From Gemmatimonadaceae bacterium (GTDB taxonomy: Bacteria; Gemmatimonadota; Gemmatimonadetes; Gemmatimonadales; Gemmatimonadaceae), in NCBI GenBank assembly GCA_051859245.1, contig JBHYGA010000006.1:251591-315590 (forward strand): a stretch of 64,000 bases of DNA, given 5' to 3'. This document shows, piece after piece, positions 47,639 to 58,183 of this stretch. The notes under the pieces are model-generated. The model did not search any database and had not been told where the DNA came from. It worked only from the letters and a program-made list of their open reading frames with translations. The position numbers and the translations under genes are program-made. Position 1 is the stretch's first letter, and each line of letters begins with the position of its first letter.

Positions 47639-50163
47639 GCGTTCAGTCCGAGCTCTCCATCGGGCGTGGTGTCCACGTCACCGTTGTCACCCGTGTCACC
47701 GTCGCCCTTGTCATCATCCGGCACCACGCGCGCTACGGCGGTCACCATGTCACCGCTATCGAGCGACACAAACTTCACACCTTGCGTGTTGCGACCAACC
47801 ACGCGCACCTGGTTCATCGACGAGCGAATCGAGATGCCGCCGCGCGTAATCAGCATGATCTCTTCGTCCGACGACACTTCCATGAGCGCCACAATGTGTC
47901 CGGTGCGCTCTGTACGCTTGAGCGTGAGAATGCCCTTGCCACCACGCTTCTGAATGCGGTAGTCGTCGAGCGACGTGCACTTGCCAAGACCCAGCTCGGT
48001 AACCACAAGCAGCGTGGCTTCATTACGACGAATCACCACCATGCCCACCACGGAGTCACCTTCGCTCAGCGTAATGCCCTTCACGCCGGTGGTGTCGCGT
48101 CCCATTTCGCGCACATCCTGCTCATGGAAACGCACTGACATGCCCTGGCGCGTGCCGAGGATGACGTCGCTCGTACCCGTGGTCACCTGCACGTCGATCA
48201 GCTCATCACCTTCTTCGATCTTGATGGCCTTCACGCCGTTGGCACGCACGTTCGAGTACTGCGACAACGCCGTTTTCTTGACGGTGCCGAGCTTGGTACC
48301 GAACAACAGGTACTCGTCATCGCGGAACTCGCGCACCGGCACGATGGCGCGAATACGCGTGTCGGGCGTGACGTTAATAAGGTTCACAATTGGCTTTCCA
48401 CGTGTGGTGCGACCAGCCTGCGGTAACTCGTGCACCTTGAGCCAGTAACAGCGGCCATCATCGGTGAAGATCAGGATGTAGTGATGCGTTGACGTCACAT
48501 ACATCTGTTCCATGAAGTCGCCGTCTTTGAGATCGGCGCCAATCTTGCCGCGACCACCGCGTCCCTGCTTGTTGAACAGCGACACGGCGGTACGCTTGAT
48601 GTATCCCTGACGCGAGATGGTCACCATCATCTCTTCTTCCGCGATCAGATCTTCCACCGAGAACTCGCCTTCATCGCTCACGATCTCGGTGCGACGCTCG
48701 TCTCCGAACGTTTCGCGCACTTTGAGCAGCTCGCCCTTCATGATCGACATGCGACGCTCGCGCGAATCAAGAATGCTGCGCAACTCGGCGATGAACGCAC
48801 GCACTTCGGCGAGTTCTTCTTCGAGCTTATCACGCTCAAGCCCGGTAAGCTTGGCGAGACGCATGTTCAGAATCGCTTCTGCCTGACGCTCGCTCAATCC
48901 AAAGCGGCTCTGCAACTGCGCACTGGCCGTGGGCGTGTCTTCGGCCGCACGAATGAGCGCAATCACTTCGTCGATGTTGTCGACGGCAATCTTGAGACCT
49001 TCCAGGATGTGCTCGCGCTCAACGGCCTTGTCGAGATCAAACTGCGTGCGACGCACGATCACTTCGTGGCGGTGCTTGAGATAGTGCTCGAGCACCTGCT
49101 TGAGGCTCAACACGCGCGGAATCAGGCGGCCCGTTTCATCAGGCACGAGCGCCAGCATGATCACACCGAACGTGCTCTGCATCGCCGTGTGCTTGTACAG
49201 CTGATTGAGCACCACACGCGGAATCGCGTCGCGCTTGAGCTCGACCACCACACGAATACCTTCGCGATCGGATTCGTCGCGCAGCGCAGAGATGCCGGTG
49301 AGCTTGCCGTCACGCACAAGATCGGCAATGTCTTTCACCAGCTTGGCCTTGTTCACCTGGTACGGCACTTCGGTAATGACAATCTGCGACTTGCCGCTCG
49401 ACTCGCGCTCTTCAATCACGGCGCGGGCGCGCATCACAATGCGTCCGCGTCCGGTGTTCTGATAGTCGGCAATGCCCGCGCGGCCGTAGATGTAACCGCC
49501 CGTGGGGAAGTCAGGGCCGGTGACAATGCGACGCAGTGCGTCGGCGTCGAGATCCGGATTGTCGATCAACGCAATCGATGCATCCACCACTTCGCGCAGA
49601 TTGTGCGGCGGAATATTGGTGGCCATACCCACGGCAATGCCCGACGACCCATTGATGAGCAGATTCGGCGCGCCAGCCGGCAGGACGCGCGGCTCTTCAA
49701 GGCGGTCGTCAAAGTTGGGCGCAAAATCGACCGTGTTCTTGTCGATATCGGTGAGCATTTCCACCGCGAGGCGCGTGAGGCGCGCCTCGGTGTATCGATA
49801 GGCGGCGGCGGAGTCACCGTCGATGGAACCAAAGTTTCCTTGCGGATCCACCAGCAGGTAGCGCAGCGAAAAATCCTGCGCCATACGCACGAGTGCGTCG
49901 TACACTGAGCTGTCACCGTGCGGGTGATACTTGCCGAGCACGTCACCAACGACCGTTGCACACTTTTTGAACGGGCGACCCGGCACGAGCCCAAGTTCGT
50001 TCATGGCGTAGAGCACACGCCGGTGCACGGGCTTCAGTCCATCACGTACATCCGGGAGCGCGCGCGAGACAATCACGCTCATGGAATAGTTGATGAACGA
50101 TTCCTTGATTTCCTCGTGAATCATCCGCGGCAGAATGCGATCGCGGGCGTTGGGAGCGGTCAT
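47635..50163 (-). CDS. gyrA: DNA gyrase subunit A
   Basis: [43 protein letters not shown]; GyrA box QGRGGRG; acidic tail. Confidence 0.97.
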   Translation of the reverse strand: MTAPNARDRILPRMIHEEIKESFINYSMSVIVSRALPDVRDGLKPVHRRVLYAMNELGLVPGRPFKKCATVVGDVLGKYHPHGDSSVYDALVRMAQDFSLRYLLVDPQGNFGSIDGDSAAAYRYTEARLTRLAVEMLTDIDKNTVDFAPNFDDRLEEPRVLPAGAPNLLINGSSGIAVGMATNIPPHNLREVVDASIALIDNPDLDADALRRIVTGPDFPTGGYIYGRAGIADYQNTGRGRIVMRARAVIEERESSGKSQIVITEVPYQVNKAKLVKDIADLVRDGKLTGISALRDESDREGIRVVVELKRDAIPRVVLNQLYKHTAMQSTFGVIMLALVPDETGRLIPRVLSLKQVLEHYLKHRHEVIVRRTQFDLDKAVEREHILEGLKIAVDNIDEVIALIRAAEDTPTASAQLQSRFGLSERQAEAILNMRLAKLTGLERDKLEEELAEVRAFIAELRSILDSRERRMSIMKGELLKVRETFGDERRTEIVSDEGEFSVEDLIAEEEMMVTISRQGYIKRTAVSLFNKQGRGGRGKIGADLKDGDFMEQMYVTSTHHYILIFTDDGRCYWLKVHELPQAGRTTRGKPIVNLINVTPDTRIRAIVPVREFRDDEYLLFGTKLGTVKKTALSQYSNVRANGVKAIKIEEGDELIDVQVTTGTSDVILGTRQGMSVRFHEQDVREMGRDTTGVKGITLSEGDSVVGMVVIRRNEATLLVVTELGLGKCTSLDDYRIQKRGGKGILTLKRTERTGHIVALMEVSSDEEIMLITRGGISIRSSMNQVRVVGRNTQGVKFVSLDSGDMVTAVARVVPDDDKGDGDTGDNGDVDTTPDGELGLNA

Positions 50164-50244
50164 GGAAGAGGGCGTGGGGAGACGGGAACGGGCCGTAGCA
50201 GAACGGTCGCGCGGGAGTTGCGCGAGTGTGCGGCCAAGCCTGAA

Positions 50245-50273
50245 AATCTACTTGATCGCACGCTGTAAATCAA
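50245..50273 (-). promoter_or_regulatory. Sigma70-like promoter of gyrA
   Basis: Minus strand TTGATT-N17-TAGATT in a locally AT-rich patch. Confidence 0.5.
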
Positions 50274-50312
50274 CTTTGCGCTAGTCGCGCAAGTCGTTGT
50301 GCGGCAACGCTT

Positions 50313-51209
50313 TCAGCGCGTTGCGCCGATCTCGCGTTCGGGCTTGACAACGGCCTCGGGGCCCGTCTGCGAAGCGGCCGGCTCGGAGTCCGCGCTCACA
50401 CGCTGCGCCACATCAAACTCGGTGGTCGCCGCGAACTCTTCGGTGTCCGGAAAGTCCTCGGCTTCGTCGGCCGCGGCTTCCCGCTCAACCAGTTCACGCT
50501 CGGCCCGGTAGCGGGAGTACCAGCTGCGCGTGATTTCCCCGGCGAGCTCACGATTGCCCAGCCCGAAGGCCAGGCCGAGCGCGAGTGCCACGGCGCCAAA
50601 GAGGATGCCAAAGGCGATGGTCACGATGTTCGTGGCCACGCCGATCTCCTGCAGCGCCATGAACACAGCCAGCACGATGACGCTGCCGCGTCCGACACGG
50701 GCCAGCGCGGCGGCCCCGATCACGGCACCGGCAGCGGCACGAATCAGCCCCTCCACGAAGCCGCCGAGCACGATGCCGACAATCACGATCACCAGGGCCG
50801 CAATAATGCCCGGGATGTACGACAGCAGCTCGCTGAACACGCCGGCCAGCGACTCGAGCCCGATCGCGTTGGCGGCGATCAGCAACACCGAGAACATCAC
50901 GCCCCAGAACAGGAACGAGGCGACCACACGGGCCGGATTGATGGGCGTGCCCGAGCGGGCCACCGCCTCCAGTACGCCGCCGCGGTCCAGGACGTCGTTG
51001 AACCGCACGCGGCGCAGCAGGCGGTGCACTCCCTTTTCGATGAGCTTCGCCGCGAGGTAGCCGGCAAAGAGAATCACGAGCGCGCCAAAGAGCGCCGGCA
51101 CGAACTCGGCGATCAGTGTGAAGCTGTACTCGAGTCGCTCGGTGAAGCTGTCGGGGAGCGGTGCCGCCGCCTGAATCAGGCCCGGCGCAAAAAGCACGGT
51201 CTGGAGCAT
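50313..51209 (-). CDS. MscS-associated TM_helix repeat membrane protein (CmpX-like)
   Basis: Duplicated 'FVPALFGALVIL'/'YIPGIIAALVI' repeats; ALGLAFGLGNRE. Confidence 0.8.
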   Translation of the reverse strand: MLQTVLFAPGLIQAAAPLPDSFTERLEYSFTLIAEFVPALFGALVILFAGYLAAKLIEKGVHRLLRRVRFNDVLDRGGVLEAVARSGTPINPARVVASFLFWGVMFSVLLIAANAIGLESLAGVFSELLSYIPGIIAALVIVIVGIVLGGFVEGLIRAAAGAVIGAAALARVGRGSVIVLAVFMALQEIGVATNIVTIAFGILFGAVALALGLAFGLGNRELAGEITRSWYSRYRAERELVEREAAADEAEDFPDTEEFAATTEFDVAQRVSADSEPAASQTGPEAVVKPEREIGATR

Positions 51210-51265
51210 GTCTGCGAATCTACACGCGAATGCAAGCCGCCACAGATGTGGCGTGCGGCCGCATC

Positions 51266-51320
51266 GTCAGGGCGCGTCGCGTCAGGGCGCGTCGTATAAG
51301 GACGCGTCAGGCCGCGTCGC
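51266..51320. repeat. 15-bp direct repeat x3 at the 3' end of the BLUF gene
   Basis: GTCAGG(G/C)CGCGTCG(C/T) at 51266, 51281 and 51306; the last copy contains the BLUF stop codon. Confidence 0.8.
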
Positions 51321-51747
51321 GCCGCTCAGCGTCGGCCAGTGCGGAAAGAAAGCGACTGGCCTGGTCCGCCGTCATGAGAAAGGGATCGAACACCGACTGG
51401 CTGGCGAGACGCTGCAGCAGCACGCGACGCGGCGCGGTTGGTATGTCTTCGGCTCCCACAAGACGCATTGCCCAGTCCGCGAAATCGCGTCGCTCAATGG
51501 CCTGCGCTGACAACAGGGTGCAGCGCTGATGTCTCCGATCTTTCACGATACGGTTGTACAGCGCGTTCACCGTATCGCGATTGCCTTCCAACACCTGCAG
51601 AAACTTGTTGCTGCTGTACACCAGCATGCCGGTGACATCGTGCGCGGTGTTGTGTGCAACGGCGCGCTGCAGCAGCGCGGTAAGCGACGCGTAGCTCGTG
51701 TACTCCGGATGCGCTTCGCTCGCATAAATGAGTCGAATGGTCTGCAT
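51307..51747 (-). CDS. Stand-alone BLUF blue-light photoreceptor
   Basis: IRLIYAS (Tyr), AHN (Asn), VTGML, FLQVLEG (Gln), LYNRIVKDRRH, RDFADWAM (Trp-Met); start ATG 51747, 146 aa. Confidence 0.93.
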   Translation of the reverse strand: MQTIRLIYASEAHPEYTSYASLTALLQRAVAHNTAHDVTGMLVYSSNKFLQVLEGNRDTVNALYNRIVKDRRHQRCTLLSAQAIERRDFADWAMRLVGAEDIPTAPRRVLLQRLASQSVFDPFLMTADQASRFLSALADAERRDAA

Positions 51748-51755
51748 GATGAAGA

Positions 51756-51849
51756 TTGTCGACGGCTCGCACCGAATACTTGACGCCCAATCGTTTTCAA
51801 AAACTGGAATCGTTCGCTGGCTAATGTCCTGACACAAAGGTTCCGATAC
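51756..51849. promoter_or_regulatory. Possible divergent sigma28-like promoters for BLUF and cheA
   Basis: Minus strand TCAA-N16-GTCGACAA (51783-51756); plus strand TAAT-N16-TCCGATAC (51822-51849); both are imperfect matches. Confidence 0.4.
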
Positions 51850-51924
51850 CTGTGGACACATCGATACGACGCCGTAGTCGGTGGTTGAGCACATTCTCTT
51901 TCCGAGCGATGGCGGAACCGCTAC

Positions 51925-54495
51925 ATGGACGACCTGCTGCGTGACTTCCTGACGGAGAGTTCGGAGAACCTCGCGCGACTCGACAATGATCTGATTGCGC
52001 TGGAGCGACGTCCCGAGGACGCTTCGCCGTTGAACAGCGTATTCCGCACGGTGCACACGATCAAAGGGACCTGCGGATTTCTCGGTCTCACGCGCCTTGA
52101 GACCGTCGCGCACTCCGCGGAAAACCTGCTCGACGCTATGCGCGCCGGTCGCCTTCCGGTTTCGCCAGCGCTCATTAACGATGTGCTCGCTGCGGTTGAC
52201 CAGATCAAGCGCATACTGCAAGCGCTGGAGCAGCATGAGAGAGAACCGGCAGGAGACGATCAGGCGCTGATCGCGACACTGGATGCCTGGATCGCCACGG
52301 ATTCGCCACGCGTCGCATCGAACGTACAGCCGCCCGCTCCCGTCGTTGCCGCGACAATAGAGTCACCTGAACGATCAGGTCCGAGCAGCAGCGCGTCGTC
52401 GGCCACAACCTCTGCAGAACCGGACAATGTCGGCGAAGCGCGTTCTGCGATTGCCGACAGCACGCTCCGCGTCAGCGTTGGCTTGCTTGACGAGCTGATG
52501 AATCTGGTGGGAGAACTCGCCCTCAGCCGAAATCAGCTCGCACAACTTGCCGCGGTTGACGAACAATCAGTGTTCATGCATCCGGTGCAGCATCTCAATC
52601 GCGTGACGACCGACCTGCTCGACGCGGTGCTGCGGACGCGCATGCAACCCATCGGCAATGCGTGGACCAAACTCCCGCGACTCGTGCGCGACCTCAGCAG
52701 CGCCGCGGGAAAGCAGATCACGTTGGTTATGCACGGCGCGGAGACCGAACTCGACCGACAGATCCTGCAAGCGATTCAGGACCCGCTCACGCACATGGTG
52801 CGCAACTCCGCAGATCACGGTGTTGAAGACCCGAAGACACGACGCGCGGCGGGAAAGCCCGAGCAGGGGACGGTACGACTAAGCGCTCGACACGAAGGCG
52901 GTCATGTCATCATCGAGATCGCCGATGATGGACGTGGCATCGACGTGGACCGTGTGCGTCGCAAAGCCGTGGAACGCGGACTGGTGCGCGCCGATGTTGC
53001 GCAGTCACTCAGCGATATGCAGGTGTTGCGTTTCGTGTTCGAACCGGGATTCAGCACCGCGGAAACGGTCACCAACGTGTCTGGGCGCGGCGTGGGGATG
53101 GATGTGGTGCGCAGCAATATCGAATCGATCGGTGGATCCGTGGAGCTGCAGTCGGAGTTTGGCCGCGGCGCAACCGTTCGTATTCGTATTCCACTCACGC
53201 TGGCGATTGTGTCGGCGCTCATTGTGGAGTGCGCCGGCGAATCCTTTGCGGTTCCACAAATCGGCGTGGTCGAGCTGGTACGCGTGACTGAGGAAAAGCA
53301 GCATCTGCTGGAGCATGTCAATGGCGCCCGTTTCTTTCGATTGCGCGATGTTCTGCTGCCCCTTGTCGACTTGCACGGACTGCTCGCACTCGACGCACGC
53401 GACAGCCTGGAAACGCAGAGCATCGTGGTGTGTCAGGTCGGACAGACGCGGTTCGGGCTGGTGGTCGATGAGGTGTTCGACACCGCAGAGATCGTGGTCA
53501 AGCCGGTAGGACGTCTCGTCAAGCATCTGGGCGCGTACGCGGGCTGCACGATCACCGGCGATGGTCGCGTGATCATGATTCTTGATCCGTCCGGCGTTGC
53601 AAACATGGCCGACATCAACGGACGATCGACGCGTGATACGGACGCCGAGTCTGACGCGCAGCTGCGGCGGCAGGAAGCGCAGTCGGCGACGGAAAGCATT
53701 CTGCTCTTCGATGCGGGATTCCCCGCGCTGCAGGCGGTACCCCTCTCGCTGGTTGCACGGCTGGAGGAGTTCGCACCGGACACGTTTGAAGAAGCGGACG
53801 GCCAGTATCTGGTCCAGTATCGCGGTGCGCTTATTCCCATTATTCCGTCGAATGCCGCCATGGACATGCGCGCCGTGAATCCTCGACCCGTCATTGTCTT
53901 TGACGACGGCGGACAGACGATGGGCCTGGCGGTGGAAGCGGTGCGCGACATTGTGGACGATCACATTCGCATCGAGCGCGGCGCATCACGCGCTGGCGTG
54001 CTGGGCGTGTGCGTGATCAACGGTAAGGCGACCGAGGTCGTGGATACGGACTACTTCTTGCGACTCGCCCATGGAGACTGGCACGCGGCGCGGCGCGCAC
54101 ACAGCGGCGTTGCGTCGCCACGTGTGCTGATTGTGGACGACTCGCGCTTCTTTCTCGGCCTGCTCTCGCCCGCACTGCGCGCCGCCGGATTCGATGTCAC
54201 GTCCTCCACCGGAGGCGAGAGCGCACTGGCGCGACTGGAAGCGGGTGAAGTGTTCGACCTGCTCGTGAGTGATATCGAAATGGACGGGATGGACGGATTT
54301 GCGTTGGCAACCTCCGTGCGCAGCAATCCGTCGTGGGCGCACATGCAGTTGATGGCGCTTACGACACGCAACAGCATAAGCGATCGCGCGCGCGGCCTCG
54401 AAGCCGGTTTTGATGTCTATCTGCCAAAGTTTGACCGCGAATCTGTGGTGGCAGCGATTCGCAGCCTCCTCTCTACCGAGCGAGCGGCCGCATGA
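51925..54495 (+). CDS. cheA: Hybrid chemotaxis kinase CheA (HPT-dimerisation-HATPase-CheW-CheW-REC)
   Basis: FRTVHTIKG, HMVRNSADHG, DDGRG, PGFSTA...SGRGVGMDVV, IPLTLAI; second CheW-like domain; C-terminal REC. Confidence 0.96.
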   Translation: MDDLLRDFLTESSENLARLDNDLIALERRPEDASPLNSVFRTVHTIKGTCGFLGLTRLETVAHSAENLLDAMRAGRLPVSPALINDVLAAVDQIKRILQALEQHEREPAGDDQALIATLDAWIATDSPRVASNVQPPAPVVAATIESPERSGPSSSASSATTSAEPDNVGEARSAIADSTLRVSVGLLDELMNLVGELALSRNQLAQLAAVDEQSVFMHPVQHLNRVTTDLLDAVLRTRMQPIGNAWTKLPRLVRDLSSAAGKQITLVMHGAETELDRQILQAIQDPLTHMVRNSADHGVEDPKTRRAAGKPEQGTVRLSARHEGGHVIIEIADDGRGIDVDRVRRKAVERGLVRADVAQSLSDMQVLRFVFEPGFSTAETVTNVSGRGVGMDVVRSNIESIGGSVELQSEFGRGATVRIRIPLTLAIVSALIVECAGESFAVPQIGVVELVRVTEEKQHLLEHVNGARFFRLRDVLLPLVDLHGLLALDARDSLETQSIVVCQVGQTRFGLVVDEVFDTAEIVVKPVGRLVKHLGAYAGCTITGDGRVIMILDPSGVANMADINGRSTRDTDAESDAQLRRQEAQSATESILLFDAGFPALQAVPLSLVARLEEFAPDTFEEADGQYLVQYRGALIPIIPSNAAMDMRAVNPRPVIVFDDGGQTMGLAVEAVRDIVDDHIRIERGASRAGVLGVCVINGKATEVVDTDYFLRLAHGDWHAARRAHSGVASPRVLIVDDSRFFLGLLSPALRAAGFDVTSSTGGESALARLEAGEVFDLLVSDIEMDGMDGFALATSVRSNPSWAHMQLMALTTRNSISDRARGLEAGFDVYLPKFDRESVVAAIRSLLSTERAAA

Positions 54496-55001
54496 ACGCC
54501 ACCATGCATGCGTCAGGCGCTGCCGCATCTCGCGGCACTGCAAACACGTTGTCAGCGTCAGCCAACACGTCAAAGGAGTTTGTGACGTTCGTGCTGGCCA
54601 ATCAGTGGCTGGGTATTCCTGTGGGCGCCGTGCAGGAAGTGCTTGTGGCGCAGCGCATCGCGCGTGTGCCACTCGCGCCGGTCGCGATTGCAGGGTTTCT
54701 CAATCTGCGCGGGCAGATCGTAACGGCGATCGACCTGCGAACCACACTGGGGCTTCCGTTGCGCGCGGGTGGCGAGCCCTTCATGAACGTTGTTGTCCGC
54801 CAGGAAGGCGAGTTGTTCGCGTTCATGGTCGACGATGTCGGAGATGTTCTCGCGGTCGATAGCGATACGATCGAGGACACTCCGGCGACGCTCGACGCGC
54901 GTTGGCGCAGCGCGTGCTCCGGCATTGTGCGCCGCGAGTCGGATTTGCTGCTCATTCTCGATGTGCAGGCATTTCTTCGTCTGGATCAGCCGACCACCTG
55001 A
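54492..55001 (+). CDS. cheW: Chemotaxis coupling protein CheW
   Basis: FVTF, VQEV, VPLAP..IAGFLNLRGQIVTAIDLR, VDDVGDV. Confidence 0.95.
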   Translation: MNATMHASGAAASRGTANTLSASANTSKEFVTFVLANQWLGIPVGAVQEVLVAQRIARVPLAPVAIAGFLNLRGQIVTAIDLRTTLGLPLRAGGEPFMNVVVRQEGELFAFMVDDVGDVLAVDSDTIEDTPATLDARWRSACSGIVRRESDLLLILDVQAFLRLDQPTT

Positions 55002-55059
55002 GGCGCCGACCGCGCCAATCGCTCCCACACTGTCCTCACTATCACCGCAAGGAACTGCC

Positions 55060-56718
55060 ATGCCTACCAAGACCCCTGTCCGTCCACGTGCTCGCGGCGC
55101 CGCCGCGCCCGCAACCACGCGTCGCAAGGCAACAACCGCATCCACCGATGGCGCACTTCAGCTTCGACTCGCGGACTACGAAGGCCAACTGAACGCGATC
55201 GGTCGTTCAATGGCGGTGATTGAGTTCGACGTTGACGGGACGGTGCTCACCGCCAACGAAAACTTTCTGAACGCGGTGGGCTACTCGCTTGCCGAAGTGC
55301 AGGGTCGTCATCACTCCATGTTCTGCGACCCGACGTACGTGGCGGGCGTTGAGTACCGCGAGTTCTGGGCCAAGCTCAATCGCGGCGAGTTCCATACCGG
55401 TGAATACGATCGCGTTGGCAAAGGCGGCCGGCATCTTGCCCTGCAGGCAACGTACAATCCGGTACGTGATGGTGAAGGACGCGTGATCAAGGTGGTGAAG
55501 TTCGCAACGGACATTACGGCGACCGTGCGCATGCGGCGCGACATGGCGGTGTTCAAACCCATGGTTGAATCTGCGCGCATCAACCTCATGCTGTGTGATC
55601 TGGATTTCAACATCACGTACATCAATCCCGCATCACTCGCGACGCTCAAGCGCATTGAGCAGCACTTGCCGGTCAAGGCCGCCGACGTGGTGGGGTCCAA
55701 GATCGACATCTTTCACAAGGACCCGGAACATCAGCGTCGCATGCTGGCCACGGACCGGCATCTCCCGCACAATGCCAAGATTCGTGTCGGCCCGGAAACG
55801 CTTGATCTCACCGCCGTCGCCATTTACGACGAACATGGCAAGTACGTGGGTCCGATGGTGAACTGGGACATCATCACCGAGCGCGTGAAGATGGCCGACG
55901 AGTTCGAGTCGAGCGTGATGGCGATTGCGAGTGTGGTGAGCTCTTCCTCCACCGAACTGGAGGCCAGCGCGCAGGGCATGGCCGCGTCGTCGGAAGAGAC
56001 CACGCGACAGGCCCAGGCCGTTGCCGCCGCATCCGAACAGGCCACGCGCAATGTGCAGACCGTCGCCAGCTCGGCGGAGGAGCTGACGGCCAGCATTCGT
56101 GAAATCGCCGGACGCGTTCAGGACGCAAGCAGCATTTCACAAGCCGCCGTGCGTCAGGCGGCCGACACAACGGAAACGATGGCACGTCTCGGTGTGTCGA
56201 GCCAGGAAATCGGACAGGTCGTGAAGGTGATTACCAGCATTGCACAGCAAACCAACCTGCTTGCGCTCAACGCAACGATTGAAGCGGCACGTGCTGGCGA
56301 AGCCGGTAAAGGGTTCGCGGTGGTTGCCAACGAAGTGAAGGAGCTCGCGCGCCAGACCGCGCGCGCGACGGAAGAAATCGGCACCAAGATCACTGGTGTG
56401 CAGTCGGAAACCGCATCGGCGGTCGCGGCCATCAAGGATATCACCAACGTGATCCACAAGATCAACGAAATCTCAACCACCATTGCCAGTGCGGTGGAAG
56501 AACAGAACGCGGCGACCGGTGAGATCTCGCGCAACGTTGGTGAAGCGGCGCGCGGTACGGCCGAGGTCAGTTCAAGCATCAGCATGGTGACGCAGGTCGC
56601 GTTGGAAGGCGCGCAAACAGCCGAGAACATCAAGAGCGCGGCTGGCCAGCTGTCTGTGGAATCAGAGCGTCTGAACCTCTCGGTGACCGAGTTCCTGACG
56701 CGCATGCGCAAACTCTGA
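55060..56718 (+). CDS. Soluble PAS-PAS chemoreceptor
   Basis: No TM; PAS1 AVIEF...ANENFL...HHSMF...FWAKL...ATYNP; PAS2 IDIFHKDPEHQRRML...[23 protein letters not shown]; start ATG 55060. Confidence 0.92.
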   Translation: MPTKTPVRPRARGAAAPATTRRKATTASTDGALQLRLADYEGQLNAIGRSMAVIEFDVDGTVLTANENFLNAVGYSLAEVQGRHHSMFCDPTYVAGVEYREFWAKLNRGEFHTGEYDRVGKGGRHLALQATYNPVRDGEGRVIKVVKFATDITATVRMRRDMAVFKPMVESARINLMLCDLDFNITYINPASLATLKRIEQHLPVKAADVVGSKIDIFHKDPEHQRRMLATDRHLPHNAKIRVGPETLDLTAVAIYDEHGKYVGPMVNWDIITERVKMADEFESSVMAIASVVSSSSTELEASAQGMAASSEETTRQAQAVAAASEQATRNVQTVASSAEELTASIREIAGRVQDASSISQAAVRQAADTTETMARLGVSSQEIGQVVKVITSIAQQTNLLALNATIEAARAGEAGKGFAVVANEVKELARQTARATEEIGTKITGVQSETASAVAAIKDITNVIHKINEISTTIASAVEEQNAATGEISRNVGEAARGTAEVSSSISMVTQVALEGAQTAENIKSAAGQLSVESERLNLSVTEFLTRMRKL

Positions 56719-56729
56719 TAGGAGCCCTC

Positions 56730-57098
56730 ATGAAGCGCATACTGGTCATCGATGATTCGATGGCGATTCGTAAGGCGATCCGACGGATCCTCGAAGGCAT
56801 GGGATACTCCGTAGCGGAAGCGGGGGACGGCGCGCAGGGGTTGAGCGCGCTGGACCTCGCTCCCGCGCCGGACGCGATTCTGTGCGACGTGGACATGCCA
56901 GTCATGGACGGACTGCAGTTCCTTAGCGCGTTGCGCGCGCAAAACAGACCGAGTGCGCCACCGGTCATCATGTGCACCACGCACACGGCGTTTGACAAGA
57001 TCACCGACGCACTCTCGCTCGGCGCGAGCGAGTACATCATGAAGCCGTTCGACGCCGAGATCATTGGCTCGAAGCTTGAGGCGTGCGGCGTCCAGTGA
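56730..57098 (+). CDS. cheY: Single-domain response regulator CheY
   Basis: IDDS, CDVDMP, MCTT, YIMKPF. Confidence 0.92.
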   Translation: MKRILVIDDSMAIRKAIRRILEGMGYSVAEAGDGAQGLSALDLAPAPDAILCDVDMPVMDGLQFLSALRAQNRPSAPPVIMCTTHTAFDKITDALSLGASEYIMKPFDAEIIGSKLEACGVQ

Positions 57099-58183
57099 TC
57101 AAGCCCGATGACGCCATCCGCGTGCTCATTGTTGACGACAGCGCTGTCATTCGTGGCGCGCTCGGACGCATCGTCGATGAGCAGTCCGACTTGCGCGTTG
57201 TCACCACCGCACCGAACGGTCGCGTGGCCCTGGATGCACTGCGTCATACCGTGGTTGACGTTGTATTGCTCGACATTGAAATGCCGGAAATGGATGGACT
57301 GACGGCGCTGCCGCTCATTCTGCGTCAGTATCCGAACACGCGCGTCATCATGGCCAGCAGCCTTACGCAGCGTGGTGCAGAAATCACCATGCAGGCCATG
57401 GCACTGGGCGCGTCTGATTTCATTGCCAAACCGGCCGCAAAAAGCGGCACGGCGGCGCTCACCGCGCTCACGGTCGAGATCGCCTCGAAGGTTCGCGCAA
57501 TCGGACGCGCGGCCCGGGGGAAACCCAAGGCACCGCCGGCGAAAGAGTTTGCGCACGCTCCTTTGCGGACAGAAGTGCTGGCCGCACGATCGAGCGATGC
57601 ACCGCCACGACTGCTGGCCATTGCCGCGAGCACCGGTGGTCCGAACGCGCTGGCCGAAGTGCTCAGCAGTCTACCGCACGACTTCCCACTGCCGATCGTG
57701 ATTACGCAGCATATGCCGCCGGTGTTCACGACACTGCTCGCGCAGCGACTCGAGCGCGACAGCGGTCGCCCGTGCGCCGAGGCACAAGATGGTGCGCCGA
57801 TGCTCCCCAATCATACCTACATCGCTCCGGGCGGATTTCATATGCTGGTTCAAACGCACGAAGGCCGCGCGTTCACGCGCCTCACGCAAACAGAGCCGGA
57901 AAATTTCTGTCGGCCCTCGGCCGACCCGATGCTGCGTTCCGCCGCGGCAGTGTACGGCGCATCAACCTTCGGCGTGGTGCTCACGGGCATGGGTGAGGAT
58001 GGCCGCGAGGGATGCCGCGAAGTGCATCGTCGTGGCGGACGCATCATTGTGCAGGATGAAGCCTCGAGTGTGGTGTGGGGGATGCCAGGCGCGGTAGCAA
58101 ACGCCGGGTTGGCGCATGATGTGCTGCCGCTCAACCAGATCGCGCAGGCCATCTTGCAGCAGTGCGGAGCGCTGACCACATGA
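57095..58183 (+). CDS. cheB: Chemotaxis methylesterase CheB
   Basis: REC domain plus ASTGGP, TQHMP, PSADP, LTGMGEDG, SVVWGMPG. Confidence 0.96.
   Translation: MIKPDDAIRVLIVDDSAVIRGALGRIVDEQSDLRVVTTAPNGRVALDALRHTVVDVVLLDIEMPEMDGLTALPLILRQYPNTRVIMASSLTQRGAEITMQAMALGASDFIAKPAAKSGTAALTALTVEIASKVRAIGRAARGKPKAPPAKEFAHAPLRTEVLAARSSDAPPRLLAIAASTGGPNALAEVLSSLPHDFPLPIVITQHMPPVFTTLLAQRLERDSGRPCAEAQDGAPMLPNHTYIAPGGFHMLVQTHEGRAFTRLTQTEPENFCRPSADPMLRSAAAVYGASTFGVVLTGMGEDGREGCREVHRRGGRIIVQDEASSVVWGMPGAVANAGLAHDVLPLNQIAQAILQQCGALTT

Noticed and set aside
47635..50163. parC identity or an intein in the topoisomerase gene
   Set aside because: The GyrA box QGRGGRG and acidic tail are present, the length is normal, and there are no intein motifs.
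51748..52236. 309 aa version of the BLUF ORF suggesting an extra N-terminal domain
   Set aside because: The extension is the antisense shadow of cheA plus the promoter region; the BLUF domain starts at the ATG at 51747.
54790..55059. Extension of the PAS-MCP overlapping cheW
   Set aside because: Out-of-frame overlap with cheW; an AAGGA RBS precedes the ATG at 55060.
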